DNA of 64,000 nt, taken from NCBI GenBank assembly GCA_045634445.1, contig JAZRAG010000078.1, positions 36 to 64,035 on the forward strand, read 5' to 3'. The DNA comes from Candidatus Spyradenecus sp. (GTDB lineage Bacteria > Verrucomicrobiota > Kiritimatiellia > RFP12 > DVOR01). The notes beneath the pieces are model-generated. The model did no database searches. It was not told the origin of the DNA and worked only from the letters and a program-made list of their open reading frames with translations. Positions 47,627 through 57,610 of this stretch are shown one piece after another (the stretch's first letter is position 1; the number at the start of each line of letters is the position of its first letter). Both the position numbers and the translations under genes were made by a program.

Positions 47627-47948
47627 ACACCATTTTTTAACGCACACAGACCGCCTCGCAGTCGTTGTCCGCAATCGCACGGGCAATGCGGCGCTCATTC
47701 CGTCTGCGGATGTGATAGCCTCTGCTGCATTGCCTGATGGTCGTTTACGACTCATCGTTTACCCTGATGCCGTTCCGCATCAGATGCCCGTTTCTGAATG
47801 GTGGCGCGTGATTATCGTATCGCGTGAACAGGCACTGAAGGTGGCACAGGTCACGCAAAACGCCGATGGCTCTGTGGTCGTCCTTGCTGACGCGACGCCG
47901 ATTTTCACGGCTGAAAAGGAGGCGATTCACCGTGTCCTCATCCGCTGA
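47616..47948 (+). CDS. Phage hypothetical protein
   Basis: Overlapping-operon context. Confidence 0.5.
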   Translation: MSTKHHFLTHTDRLAVVVRNRTGNAALIPSADVIASAALPDGRLRLIVYPDAVPHQMPVSEWWRVIIVSREQALKVAQVTQNADGSVVVLADATPIFTAEKEAIHRVLIR

Positions 47949-48492
47949 TTTCACGATTGTATGGGACAAAGAGGATTTGCGCGCGATTGAACGTATCGCG
48001 AAGGCAGAGCCTCAGGCCGTCTATCGTGGCTGGATCGCCATGACCACCCACACCGCAAACAAGCTGCGCAAGGTGATCCGCACCGGCGGTGGCCGTGACG
48101 GCGTTGACGCTTTTCCTCCGAAAGACACAACAATTTTTCGCCCGTGTGAAAATTGGGGTGGTCGTCTGGGTGGCAACTCGCTCAAAAAAACAATCGCCTA
48201 CAAAGCTCGTGGCACGGTCTCGGTTGTTGGCTTCAGTCCTGACAGCAAGCAGGCTTCTGCGTTCGGCGAATCGTTTCAAACATTCCTCGGACGTGCATGG
48301 TCGCCTCGTGAACGCTACTTCATCCACCGTTTCCTTGGCAAGCGCACGATCGTGGTAAACGATAAAATTCGCCAACCCCGTCCCGTCATTGCAGGTTTCG
48401 CGGATCACCTGCGTGCGTGGTTCCCCGTTGAAACCCGCAAAACAATCGAAAAGCGCTATGCGCAAATCCTCAAAAAGAGGGCTTCCAAATGA
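47932..48492 (+). CDS. Tail completion protein (gp10/gpZ-like, putative)
   Basis: GTG start after AAGGAGG; basic protein; position. Confidence 0.5.
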   Translation: MSSSADFTIVWDKEDLRAIERIAKAEPQAVYRGWIAMTTHTANKLRKVIRTGGGRDGVDAFPPKDTTIFRPCENWGGRLGGNSLKKTIAYKARGTVSVVGFSPDSKQASAFGESFQTFLGRAWSPRERYFIHRFLGKRTIVVNDKIRQPRPVIAGFADHLRAWFPVETRKTIEKRYAQILKKRASK

Positions 48493-49028
48493 GCGCGCCT
48501 TTGTTGTCAGATTTTCTCGATACGCTCGTTGCTGAATTGGCAACGCCCGGCGGCACGGTTGACCGTGCGTGCCAGGCCGCCTTCGCCTGTTCGCCACTTG
48601 TTGTGCGTGGCTCGTGGTTTGGCGAAGATAAAGTGCTGTCTGAACGCAATGCGCCGTTTATCTGCGTGTACCCAACCGAAACGCCAGCTGAAGTGGAGCT
48701 TCACCGTGGCGCGGGTGCTGGTGCAGCGCCACGCGCCTTCGAATTGTCCGTGGTTGTGGGCGTGCGTATTGATTATCCCGTGGAGCCGCCGCCAGAGTTG
48801 GACGCGCATAATCCTTCACCGGTGATCTATCAGGCCGGTGGCGAATTGGCGGCTGAACAATTTGCGTACACTGTGATCAACGCCGCGTCCGAACGCTTCA
48901 GTGCTTGCGGCTATATTGCTTCTGAGTGCCGCCTGGATTATTCCGCAAGCCTTGCTTGGCCGCTCGTCGTCTATGATTTCTCTCTCTCTTTTGCCGCGTC
49001 GCGCCATCTTGCGTCGGGCATTTTATAA
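48489..49028 (+). CDS. Tail terminator (putative)
   Basis: Position and acidic composition. Confidence 0.45.
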   Translation: MSAPLLSDFLDTLVAELATPGGTVDRACQAAFACSPLVVRGSWFGEDKVLSERNAPFICVYPTETPAEVELHRGAGAGAAPRAFELSVVVGVRIDYPVEPPPELDAHNPSPVIYQAGGELAAEQFAYTVINAASERFSACGYIASECRLDYSASLAWPLVVYDFSLSFAASRHLASGIL

Positions 49029-49052
49029 ACACAGCAAAAAAGGACTCACAAA

Positions 49053-49481
49053 ATGCCCTTATCGGAAAACAATAAGCAACCCGTCGCCTACGTCGCCGTG
49101 CGTGCTCGCGTGACGATTGGCGCCACTTCTTACGATTGTCAGTCTATCGCCCCCGACACTTCTGACTCTCACGAAGCAATTAAAGTCGCCTGTGTCGGCG
49201 CGCGTTGGGAGATGTCGCTCCCCGGCGTGCTTGGCAAGACTGACCCCATCGAAGTGAAGATCTTGAAGACTGCAACGAAGCCGCAGTCTGGCACGCTCGC
49301 AGATTTGCGCATTGAGATTGACGAATCGCGCAACGGTGCCGCGGCTGTCACCGAATCGGTGACGATTCCCTGCGCTATCACTGCCGTCAAATCTGATTCT
49401 ATCGAATCTGATGGCAATCGTCTTTTGGCTTGGGCCGTCACCTTGCAGCCTACCAACATTGATCGCGGTCTCACCGCTTAA
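49053..49481 (+). CDS. Major tail tube protein (putative)
   Basis: RBS, beta-rich 142 aa, precedes the frameshifting chaperone gene. Confidence 0.55.
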   Translation: MPLSENNKQPVAYVAVRARVTIGATSYDCQSIAPDTSDSHEAIKVACVGARWEMSLPGVLGKTDPIEVKILKTATKPQSGTLADLRIEIDESRNGAAAVTESVTIPCAITAVKSDSIESDGNRLLAWAVTLQPTNIDRGLTA

Positions 49482-49493
49482 AGGAGCTTTACC

Positions 49494-49805
49494 ATGTCGC
49501 CCGCTTATGCCTCTCTAAAACCAACTCGCTCGAAATCGTGGAACGGTCTCCAGATTCATACCGCTGGCGTGTCGGCCACGCTCATGTCGCGAATGGTCCG
49601 CCTGAAGGACGCTTCGGCTGAGGCTGGCGTGGCGTTTTTGTGCGAATTCGCAGAATTGTGCCCGCGCTTCATCGGCATCTATGACGGAACGCCTGAAAAA
49701 ATGGGCGACTGCGAACCGCTTGACGCGTCGGACTTGCCCGTTGAACTCGTGCAGGAATTGATGCTCTTCGCCGCCGGTGTTGAGGATGGCGTCCCTTTAG
49801 CCTGA
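49494..49805 (+). CDS. Tail assembly chaperone (gpG-like)
   Basis: Ends in slippery heptamer C CCT TTA (49793-49799). Confidence 0.75.
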   Translation: MSPAYASLKPTRSKSWNGLQIHTAGVSATLMSRMVRLKDASAEAGVAFLCEFAELCPRFIGIYDGTPEKMGDCEPLDASDLPVELVQELMLFAAGVEDGVPLA

Positions 49806-50158
49806 GCGCCGCAGGTGGCATCGACCATCTCGCGGCGGTCGCTCAAGCGTTCGGCCTCTCACTTCCAGCCTCGGCCGATGGCATCGCGGCTCTGACGCCG
49901 TGGCTAGTGCTTCCGCAATGGCTTTCGGCCGCTTTGGCTGACCTTGTGGCGCTGCTGCACAATATCGTTGCATCGTCGGGTGACCAACCCGTCTACCGTG
50001 ATGAAGTGCTCGACTCTTGGGGCCTTGCCACGCTGGCCATTGAACGCCGTCGGGCGTTGGAGGCGGTTCGTAAGGCTGAACAGGTCTCGCCCGATTTGAT
50101 TTCTCTCTTTAACCGATTTAAAAAGGACTCGAAAAATGAAGAAGCCCACAACGAATGA
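49494..50158 (+). CDS. gpGT-like -1 frameshift product
   Basis: The -1 frame is open from 49793 and continuous with ORF 49907..50158. Confidence 0.7.
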
Positions 50159-50309
50159 ATTGATCGCTATCGTACTCGCTATCATCTCGCTCATCGCGTC
50201 GGTTGTAGTGGCCCTATCTGACGGATCTATCTCTGCCGATGAAGCGGCAAAGATTAAGGCCGACGGCGCAAAGGTCGTTGACACGGTAACAGAGGCAGTA
50301 CAGGACTGA
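50136..50309 (+). CDS. Small holin-like membrane protein (57 aa)
   Basis: Manual translation MKKPTTNELIAIVLAIISLIASVVVALSDG...; AAGGA RBS. Confidence 0.6.
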   Translation: MKKPTTNELIAIVLAIISLIASVVVALSDGSISADEAAKIKADGAKVVDTVTEAVQD

Positions 50310-50314
50310 CCGCA

Positions 50315-50629
50315 ATGCACAGTCCTGCCGCTCGCGCATCAGTGGAACGCGTCGCCTCTGGCGACCATTCTCTCGATGCTATCGCACAGCTCTTGATCTG
50401 CCTCAGCGAATGCTTTGAATCTCAGTCGCGCAAGATTGACGTGATCCAGGAAACGGTTCAGAAGCAGGTAAACTTGTACGATACGTGCCCGGCGCGTCAG
50501 CAGCCGTCTAAGCCTGAGGCGCAACACTCCATCAAGTCATGGATACCGATTCTTAAAATCGTCCTTGGGATCGTCTACGCACTTGTGCTTATTCTTGCAG
50601 CTGTCCTCGGTGTAAAGGTCGTCTTATGA
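50315..50629 (+). CDS. Membrane protein with C-terminal TM helix (lysis-associated, putative)
   Basis: Coiled-coil-like body, hydrophobic C-terminus. Confidence 0.55.
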   Translation: MHSPAARASVERVASGDHSLDAIAQLLICLSECFESQSRKIDVIQETVQKQVNLYDTCPARQQPSKPEAQHSIKSWIPILKIVLGIVYALVLILAAVLGVKVVL

Positions 50630-50937
50630 AATGGCTTGCCTTCATCTCTTCGTTAGCTTCACTCGCTCAGGCGTTCGTGGCGTGGTATCAAAATCGTGCC
50701 GCTGACCGTGCAGAGCGCGCCATTCTTGAAGGGGATGAGGATGTCGTCAACAAGGATTTCAACAGACTGCTCCGCTGCATTTTGTTGCTACTTGCCTTGT
50801 GGCTTGTAGCAGCAGGATGCAGTTCTACTCAACCGCCCGCCGAATTGCGCATGCGCCGCATGGAGTGTGACGGCGTGACGGGTTGGTTCGTTCCAGACGC
50901 GCAGATGCTTCGCATCCGTCAGGCGCTTGCGCGTTAG
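50626..50937 (+). CDS. Spanin-like protein with internal lipobox (putative)
   Basis: LLLLALWLVAAGC lipobox-like segment. Confidence 0.5.
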   Translation: MKWLAFISSLASLAQAFVAWYQNRAADRAERAILEGDEDVVNKDFNRLLRCILLLLALWLVAAGCSSTQPPAELRMRRMECDGVTGWFVPDAQMLRIRQALAR

Positions 50938-50986
50938 TTTCGGGGTTCGGGGCGTGCCCCGTCGTTTGTAGAAAGGATTTATCACC

Positions 50987-52453
50987 ATGGCCGCCGCCAC
51001 TTCTGTGCGCATGGAACTCCAGGGCAAGGACGCCACCAAAAAGGCGTTCGATTCTGTCGCTCAACGCGCGAAAACTTCTCAAGCCAAAATCGGTGCCGCG
51101 CTCAAGTTTGGCGCAATCGCCCTTGCTGTGGGTGCAGCTGCGAAAAAAATCGGTTCTTCGCTTGATCAACTCAACAAGCTCAACGATATCGCTCAACAAG
51201 CTGGCACGTCTGCAACGTGGCTTCAAAAGTTTACCGGCGCCATGGGTCAGGCTGGCATTAACGTCACGACCGAAGGCCTTGCCGCTTCTATGCAGAAGCT
51301 CAACGCGTCTCTTGTCAATACCGAAAAGCTGAAAGCGTTCGAAAAGCTCGGCGTGGATGTTTCGCATCTCCGTGGCTTGAAGCCTGAGGAGGCGTTTACC
51401 GTCTTTCTCGAAACGGTCTCCAAAATTCCCGATGAACAAGCTCGTCTACTCGTCCTTCAGAAGGGCATGGAAGAGCAGGGGTTACGCCTTGCGCCGTTAT
51501 TGCGCCAGGGCCCTGACGCGTTCCGTGAATCGCTTGCGACTGTCATGGACGCCATGCCTGCCGCATCGGAGTCGACCGTCACGCTCGCGACAAACGCAAA
51601 CAACGCCTTCGCGCTCGTGGGCCAGTCCTTTTCGGCCGTCTGGCAAAACTGTCTCGGCTCTGTCCTCACGTGGGCAGACGAATCCTTTGGCGGCGTGGAT
51701 AAGGCTATTATGGCAACCTGGGAGTATGTACGCTATTTTGCTGCAACTTTCGTTCACTGGTTCCAAACAATGGCCGAATCTGTGCAACAAATCGTCGGAG
51801 TCTTCGCTGGTGACTGGATGGATGGTCTGAAACTCATCGGCGTCCGCATTGCTCAATTGGTGAATCTAATCGCAGGCCCGCTCGTGAGTGCCGTGGCGCG
51901 TGTTGTCGGCCTCTTCGATGAAGATATGGAGCTGGCGATTGAGTCGTTTCGCATTGGAATTGACCAGACGTTGGCCGATTGGGAGTCTGGTATTCTCGAA
52001 AAGCACGGCATGCAGCCGCTCAAGTCGTTCGCTGACCGTATCACGGGGGAGTTCGCCGCAACGCAGGAGCGTATTGCGAAGAACAACAAGATGTTCGACG
52101 CGAAAGCAACGCTCTCCACGGGCAATGCCGTAACCGAATCGCTTCATGCGCTTCCAGAATTGGAAGAGAAAACGAAGAAGTCTGTCAAGAATGGCGTCAA
52201 GGAGGGTCTTGCAGCAGGTATTGAAGCGGGCTCTTACGATGCGCTCAAAGCGACTGCGCGTGCCGCAATGGATGGCGCGCATTTCGCTTCTGGCGGTTCG
52301 TCTTCCGGGTCGTCCTCCTCTTCAATGGGCAAGGTAGCTTCGGCATCTCGCGCCTCTGCTGACCGTCTGTCGGCCATTGAATCTATGATGCGTCAATTAC
52401 TCGAAGTGGTTCGCGGTGGCGCTTCTTCGCTCGCAGCCTTAGAAACATTTTAA
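50987..52453 (+). CDS. Tail tape measure protein (short, 488 aa)
   Basis: LQGKDATKKAFDSV N-terminus, Ala-rich helical repeats, position. Confidence 0.8.
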   Translation: MAAATSVRMELQGKDATKKAFDSVAQRAKTSQAKIGAALKFGAIALAVGAAAKKIGSSLDQLNKLNDIAQQAGTSATWLQKFTGAMGQAGINVTTEGLAASMQKLNASLVNTEKLKAFEKLGVDVSHLRGLKPEEAFTVFLETVSKIPDEQARLLVLQKGMEEQGLRLAPLLRQGPDAFRESLATVMDAMPAASESTVTLATNANNAFALVGQSFSAVWQNCLGSVLTWADESFGGVDKAIMATWEYVRYFAATFVHWFQTMAESVQQIVGVFAGDWMDGLKLIGVRIAQLVNLIAGPLVSAVARVVGLFDEDMELAIESFRIGIDQTLADWESGILEKHGMQPLKSFADRITGEFAATQERIAKNNKMFDAKATLSTGNAVTESLHALPELEEKTKKSVKNGVKEGLAAGIEAGSYDALKATARAAMDGAHFASGGSSSGSSSSSMGKVASASRASADRLSAIESMMRQLLEVVRGGASSLAALETF

Positions 52454-52469
52454 AAAAAGGAGTCAAAAA

Positions 52470-53144
52470 ATGTCTACGATTTATTGCCGCTTGTCCTACG
52501 GCTCTCTCTCGTTCCGTCCCGAAACGCTTGCCGTGCCTTCTGAGGTGACGTTTGAGGTGTCGGGCTTGCCACCTGGCCGTCAGTGTGATCTCATTATCGC
52601 GGAACCCCGCAAGCTCACGCCGCTTGCAGCTGCACAGATTACCGCGGCGGGCCGTTGCACGATTAATACGAATACGGACGCATTCCGCGCGCTGTTCTCC
52701 GGTGACCATTTCAACGCCAAAACCGTCCTCGTGCAGATTGGTACGCCGTCCGAATTGCTTGCGTCTGGCCTCGTGGTGGCGCGTTGGAATATGCTCGCGT
52801 CTGATGACGTGCCACCTGCGCCCGCGCCAAATACGCGTTGGCTCACTGATGCCGATTATCGTGACCTCGCATCGTCTATCGCTGGCGCTCAGTTGCAGGC
52901 TTCTGAAGATGCTGCCGCGCTCACCGTGCGGTTGGACGAACAGGCCAAATCCTTGAAGGAAAAGGCAGATGCCGCCACGCTCGCTTCTGTGACTGAGCGC
53001 GTCGCCACGCTCGAAAAGAAGCCCACCATCGATGACGCGATTCTGATGCGTGTGCGCGCATTCGACGCAAACACGGCAACGGTTGACGGTCTCTGGCAAC
53101 AGGTCGCTGACCTTTCCACGATTCTTTCTGCGTTGGTGAGGTAA
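52470..53144 (+). CDS. Phage tail-module protein
   Basis: Position; C-terminal coiled coil (ERVATLEK). Confidence 0.55.
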   Translation: MSTIYCRLSYGSLSFRPETLAVPSEVTFEVSGLPPGRQCDLIIAEPRKLTPLAAAQITAAGRCTINTNTDAFRALFSGDHFNAKTVLVQIGTPSELLASGLVVARWNMLASDDVPPAPAPNTRWLTDADYRDLASSIAGAQLQASEDAAALTVRLDEQAKSLKEKADAATLASVTERVATLEKKPTIDDAILMRVRAFDANTATVDGLWQQVADLSTILSALVR

Positions 53145-53147
53145 GCC

Positions 53148-54101
53148 ATGGCGGCCGTAGCTTATCCGTTGATTGCCGAAATAATCGGCCGAACCGCGTC
53201 ACTGACGCCGCGTGCAGAGTCGAACGCTGCGCGTCGTCAGTGGAAGGTGGTCTACGACGTCTCTCCAACATCTCTGCCTGACCCGCAGACGATTGCCGGG
53301 CTTCCGCGTTTGGGTGACGCGCACCCTGTCGTTCCCGGCGTATTCCTCAAGACGTGGGAAATCACAGAGGAAGAAGCCGGTGCATTCGTTCTAACTGCGT
53401 CCTATGCGCCGCCGGATGAAAAGGATGCCGGTAGCGGTGGCGATGAAGAGGATGAGACGGTTGAGGAAGTTGAGACGGCGCGCGGATGGGCTGGTGGTGA
53501 ATCGTCCAAGGACCTCACCGCCGATGCCGTGACGGGTGAGGCTGTCCTTCTTCCGACAGGTGAGCCGTTCGGGAGCGTTCCATCGGTCTCTGTCTCAACG
53601 ATGACATTCTCTGTCTCGCGTAAATGCGTTGATCTTGACACGGATGCGCTCGCCGCGAATTGCACGGTGAACGCACAGGTTGTCACGATTGACGGAATCA
53701 CTGTCGCAAAGCACTGCGGCCGTCTCACCGTCTCCACGAAGCGTATCTACGACTCGCTCGTTTACAAGTGGGAAATCACCTTTTCGGTCAATATCGTCTC
53801 GAATCCTGTTAAGCTCACGCCTGATGGCAATATGGAAGATATCGGGCACGATGTGGCACTCTTGCTGAGTGGCTTCCGCTTTTTCCGCACGATTGGTGAA
53901 GGGGGTGGTAACGCTGGTGATAAAGAATTGGTCAAAGCGACAGAAATTGATGAAGAGACTGGCGAAGAAAAACCAGCCTCTGCGCCGGTGTTGTTGACGC
54001 CAACGGGCGAAAAGCATACGCCAGCCGCCGCAGGTCAGGCGTATTACAAACGTTATTCTGCGATTAAGGAGGCAACATGGTCCGCTGCATGGTTCCGTTA
54101 A
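53148..54101 (+). CDS. Phage tail/baseplate-module protein
   Basis: GLPRLGDAHP motif; position. Confidence 0.55.
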   Translation: MAAVAYPLIAEIIGRTASLTPRAESNAARRQWKVVYDVSPTSLPDPQTIAGLPRLGDAHPVVPGVFLKTWEITEEEAGAFVLTASYAPPDEKDAGSGGDEEDETVEEVETARGWAGGESSKDLTADAVTGEAVLLPTGEPFGSVPSVSVSTMTFSVSRKCVDLDTDALAANCTVNAQVVTIDGITVAKHCGRLTVSTKRIYDSLVYKWEITFSVNIVSNPVKLTPDGNMEDIGHDVALLLSGFRFFRTIGEGGGNAGDKELVKATEIDEETGEEKPASAPVLLTPTGEKHTPAAAGQAYYKRYSAIKEATWSAAWFR

Positions 54102-57100
54102 TTCTCATCCTCTGCGCTTTCACGCTTCATGCAGAGTCTACGCGTTTCGGTGCGCTCGGTCGAAACGACACCGTCGTCACGAAAGAGTCTGATCCTATCG
54201 CTTCGGCCGCCATCGCGTCTGAGGCATCTGCGCGTCAGTCCGCTGTGACGGATCTAACGAATAAAATCAACGCCGAATCTGCCGCTCGCACGCAAGCTTT
54301 TTCGTCGGTTGAGGCGCAACTTGAGGCGCTAAACGTCAAAAAGCAGGACGCGGTCGTCTCGTTTTCGTCCGTCGATAACACGGGTGTGAACGTAGGAGAT
54401 TCGAACGCCACCGGCGCATTGGATCACATGTCCGGCATCTCGTGGATTAAAGGGTCGCTGTCTGCTTTCGGTCTTGGCGATAGGGCCGTTGAGCCGTCCG
54501 CAATCACGCTGTTCAGGCGTTCTGGCACAACGACCAATCAGAATGCGTCTCGCATCCTACGCCTTTTGCGTTGGAATGGATCCGCCTGGTACGTGGCGTA
54601 TCAGGCAGTGAGTCCTGTCGTTCACAATGATGTCACGATTAATGGTGGCCGCATTGAGCATCGCATGGAGTATATCGCAGGGTCTGCTCGCATTCCAGCA
54701 GATGAAACGATTGTCCTTTGCTACGCGCCCGCCAAATCGTCGCCCGTGACGGCTGTGCTTGATTTTGGCGCGAAGGTGATGGCAGCAACCGGCACGCGCT
54801 ATCTCGCAACGGGTCAATCGTCCACGCCTGCGTCTCCGTCTACCGCCGCAGGATGGGCTCAGATCTTGGCGATGGAATTAACGGTGACGGAATACAAGGA
54901 TGCAATCGCTGTACTTGCTTCACGCGTTGAAGCGATCGCCGCCTCTGCCGAATCCGCACAGAGCGTGGCCGAATCTGCGTCTGTCTCCGCTTCTGACGCT
55001 GTTGCAACTGCCGATTCAGCTAAAGCGTCTGCGTCTACAGCCTCTCTTGCCGCGGACGGGGCACGTGTAATCGCACAGTCTGCCGTCTCAACTGCTCAAT
55101 CGGCACGGGCAACGGCCGAAAGCGCACTGGCAAAGGCTTCCTCTGTTGAAAAGACCGCCAATGCCGCCGCCACCGCTTCTGACGTGGCCGTTCTGTCTGA
55201 ACGTGTGACTGCACTTGAGGGTCGTCCGTCTGGTGACTCGGGCCTTTCGGAGCGTATCGCAAAGGTTGAAGCTTCCATCTCTACAGTATCGGAGACCGCC
55301 ACGGCCGCTTCTGCTGCTGCTGCTTCTGCTTCTACCGTTGCAGAATCGGCCAAAACAACCGCCACAGCCGCTTCCGCAACCGCCGAATCGGCCAAAACAT
55401 CCGCTTCCACCGCTCAGGCGTTGGCCGAAAGTGCCGCTTCTGCCGCCGAAAAAGCGCAATCGGCCGCCTCTGAAGCGTCCACCACCGCATCTGCCGCATT
55501 GTCGAAAGTTTCCACCGTTGAAAAGACGGCCAATGCCGCCGCCACGGCTGCCGCTGTAGCAACCCTTTCTGACCGCGTGACGTCTCTCGAAAATCGCCCG
55601 TCTGGCGGTGTGTCCGACGCAGATCTTGCCGCCGAAACTTCCGCACGAAAGGCGGCTGACGCTGACCTGTCCGCACGCATTGAGTCTGTCGCTAACAATG
55701 CAGCAGGAAAGGCGACGGTCGCAACGCTTCAGGCGCAACTCTCCTCGCTTCAGTGGGATGTGTCTGACAATACCACTGCCATTTCTGCCGCTCAAAAGAC
55801 GGCTTCTGATGCCGCCGCAGGTGTTGCCACGGCTCAGTCTAAGGCGAATACTGCCGCATCTGACGCCGCTACGGCCTTGACGCGGGCGAATGCAGCAGAT
55901 GCTACCGCGTCTACGATTGGCGCACAGGTGGCAGAGATTCACGCAATCGCAGCTGAAGCAGAGACCGCTGTGAATTCTGTCACCGCGCTCGCCCAACAGG
56001 CCGCCACCGATGCTGAGGCCGCTTACCGTGCCACCAATTGGGTGACCAATGACGTCGCCACGATTAAAGCTGATTACAAGGAGTTGAGGAGTGGCGTCAT
56101 CGCGCGTGCGCGCACCGAGTGGTTCAGCTTCACAAATCAGAATAGCCATCTCGGATGGCCTGGCACAACCAATCGTAAATCCGAAATCTTCATCAACAAT
56201 TATACTTATGATGGCGCGTATATGACCGTCCAAACGGGCGATGGCTTGAAGCATTCGTCTGAACCGTGGGGTGAGGGTTATCGGCGCTATATCGAAGTGG
56301 ATTGGTCGTATGTGGATGACACGTCGTGGATCTACCGCAACGCTTGGACGTTGCAGGCTTCGCCCGCTGGCGTGACGCAGTCTGTCTCTAATGCCACCGT
56401 CTCCACGACGGATGAGTTCGGTCGTGTCATGTCTACCGCGACCGTGACCACTACCACCACGCAGGATGCCGCCGTTGAGGTGGTGATAGTTGACCCTCTT
56501 GGCGACCCTCCAATCATCACGTCGTGGTCAGGCTCGGAGGGGGCAACCATCTCTCAATTGGATGGCGCGATGGGTGCATCTGTCTCTGCAAGTGAGATGT
56601 CGCTCGTTGAGGTGTCTGCCTATGATTACCGTAGCAAGTCCACGCAGTCGGTCTTCGTTCCGATTCGTCAGTCGTCTTCTACAAGTGTTGAGCAGACAGT
56701 ATACGCCGCTGACGTGCCTGGCACCGCACGCGCAACCGCGAATGATGCCATCTTGACTGCACTGGCGCAACGTGATGCATCGTCCACCGTCGCATCGGGA
56801 GTGACCCCTGCGGTCGCGTCAAGTGATTTCATCTTCGCGCAGCCTGGCATTAGGCCCACCTTCGCCGCGCAGTCTCCGCTCGCAACGTCTTTCGTCAATT
56901 TCTCGCAGACGGACATCATTTGGCGTGTATCATGCGTTCCGGTCTCCCCGCATTACGCGGTCACCGCTTCGCATTGGTTCGATAGGAAAGATTGGTCATC
57001 GGTTGGCCCAATGTATGCGCCTTCCACCGGCAATGGCGAATATTTTTCAATCGCGGAGGGCGTTGACCTCTCCGCTTGGGCGCGCGCGAACGGGTACTCT

Positions 57101-57595
57101 GAATCGGAAATCAATGAGGCGCGTATAGCAGACCTCTATGTCTATCGTGTCACAAGTAGTTATGCCGCAGGTCCAGAGGCGTTCGAGGATGGAATCATCC
57201 CATACGTCATGGATCGGTCAGCGTTGGATTACTATTACGGTGGCTCGCTTGAGGGCGTCGCGTGCTATGCGTTGACGCAGAATCTATGTCTTTCGTATTC
57301 CGCGTTTTCGTCGCCCTATGGCGACCGTTGGTCTCCCTTCGGTCGTGAGTATGATCCGAAGGTGGTCCGCGCCGATATCCTCGGTGGATTGGCCAATTGT
57401 GCCCGTATCTATGGCGGCGACAGCGGCCGCCCCATCTGCATGGTTCACGATAACAAGCCTGTGGTGGTATCGGTCTTCTCCACGCGTGAGAAGGGCCCTT
57501 CGCTGACCTGTGGCGCGCAGATTCTTGACGCTTTTATTCAGCAACACTCCGGCGGCACAGAATCCCTCAAACGAATCTCTGCCCCCACCGAATAA
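54077..57595 (+). CDS. Tail fibre-like protein: signal peptide, Ala-rich coiled-coil stalk, C-terminal trypsin-like serine protease domain
   Basis: AAGGAGG RBS; MVRCMVPLILILCAFTLHA; internal repeat at a 372-bp offset; TASH/ADL/GDSGRP. Confidence 0.75.
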   Translation: MVRCMVPLILILCAFTLHAESTRFGALGRNDTVVTKESDPIASAAIASEASARQSAVTDLTNKINAESAARTQAFSSVEAQLEALNVKKQDAVVSFSSVDNTGVNVGDSNATGALDHMSGISWIKGSLSAFGLGDRAVEPSAITLFRRSGTTTNQNASRILRLLRWNGSAWYVAYQAVSPVVHNDVTINGGRIEHRMEYIAGSARIPADETIVLCYAPAKSSPVTAVLDFGAKVMAATGTRYLATGQSSTPASPSTAAGWAQILAMELTVTEYKDAIAVLASRVEAIAASAESAQSVAESASVSASDAVATADSAKASASTASLAADGARVIAQSAVSTAQSARATAESALAKASSVEKTANAAATASDVAVLSERVTALEGRPSGDSGLSERIAKVEASISTVSETATAASAAAASASTVAESAKTTATAASATAESAKTSASTAQALAESAASAAEKAQSAASEASTTASAALSKVSTVEKTANAAATAAAVATLSDRVTSLENRPSGGVSDADLAAETSARKAADADLSARIESVANNAAGKATVATLQAQLSSLQWDVSDNTTAISAAQKTASDAAAGVATAQSKANTAASDAATALTRANAADATASTIGAQVAEIHAIAAEAETAVNSVTALAQQAATDAEAAYRATNWVTNDVATIKADYKELRSGVIARARTEWFSFTNQNSHLGWPGTTNRKSEIFINNYTYDGAYMTVQTGDGLKHSSEPWGEGYRRYIEVDWSYVDDTSWIYRNAWTLQASPAGVTQSVSNATVSTTDEFGRVMSTATVTTTTTQDAAVEVVIVDPLGDPPIITSWSGSEGATISQLDGAMGASVSASEMSLVEVSAYDYRSKSTQSVFVPIRQSSSTSVEQTVYAADVPGTARATANDAILTALAQRDASSTVASGVTPAVASSDFIFAQPGIRPTFAAQSPLATSFVNFSQTDIIWRVSCVPVSPHYAVTASHWFDRKDWSSVGPMYAPSTGNGEYFSIAEGVDLSAWARANGYSESEINEARIADLYVYRVTSSYAAGPEAFEDGIIPYVMDRSALDYYYGGSLEGVACYALTQNLCLSYSAFSSPYGDRWSPFGREYDPKVVRADILGGLANCARIYGGDSGRPICMVHDNKPVVVSVFSTREKGPSLTCGAQILDAFIQQHSGGTESLKRISAPTE

Positions 57596-57610
57596 GGAAG
57601 GACATGCTCC

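Noticed and set aside
46271-47755. 494-aa minus-strand ORF (likewise 45034..46326, 43924..44835, 55088..56254)
   Set aside because: Antisense shadows of GC-rich phage structural genes.
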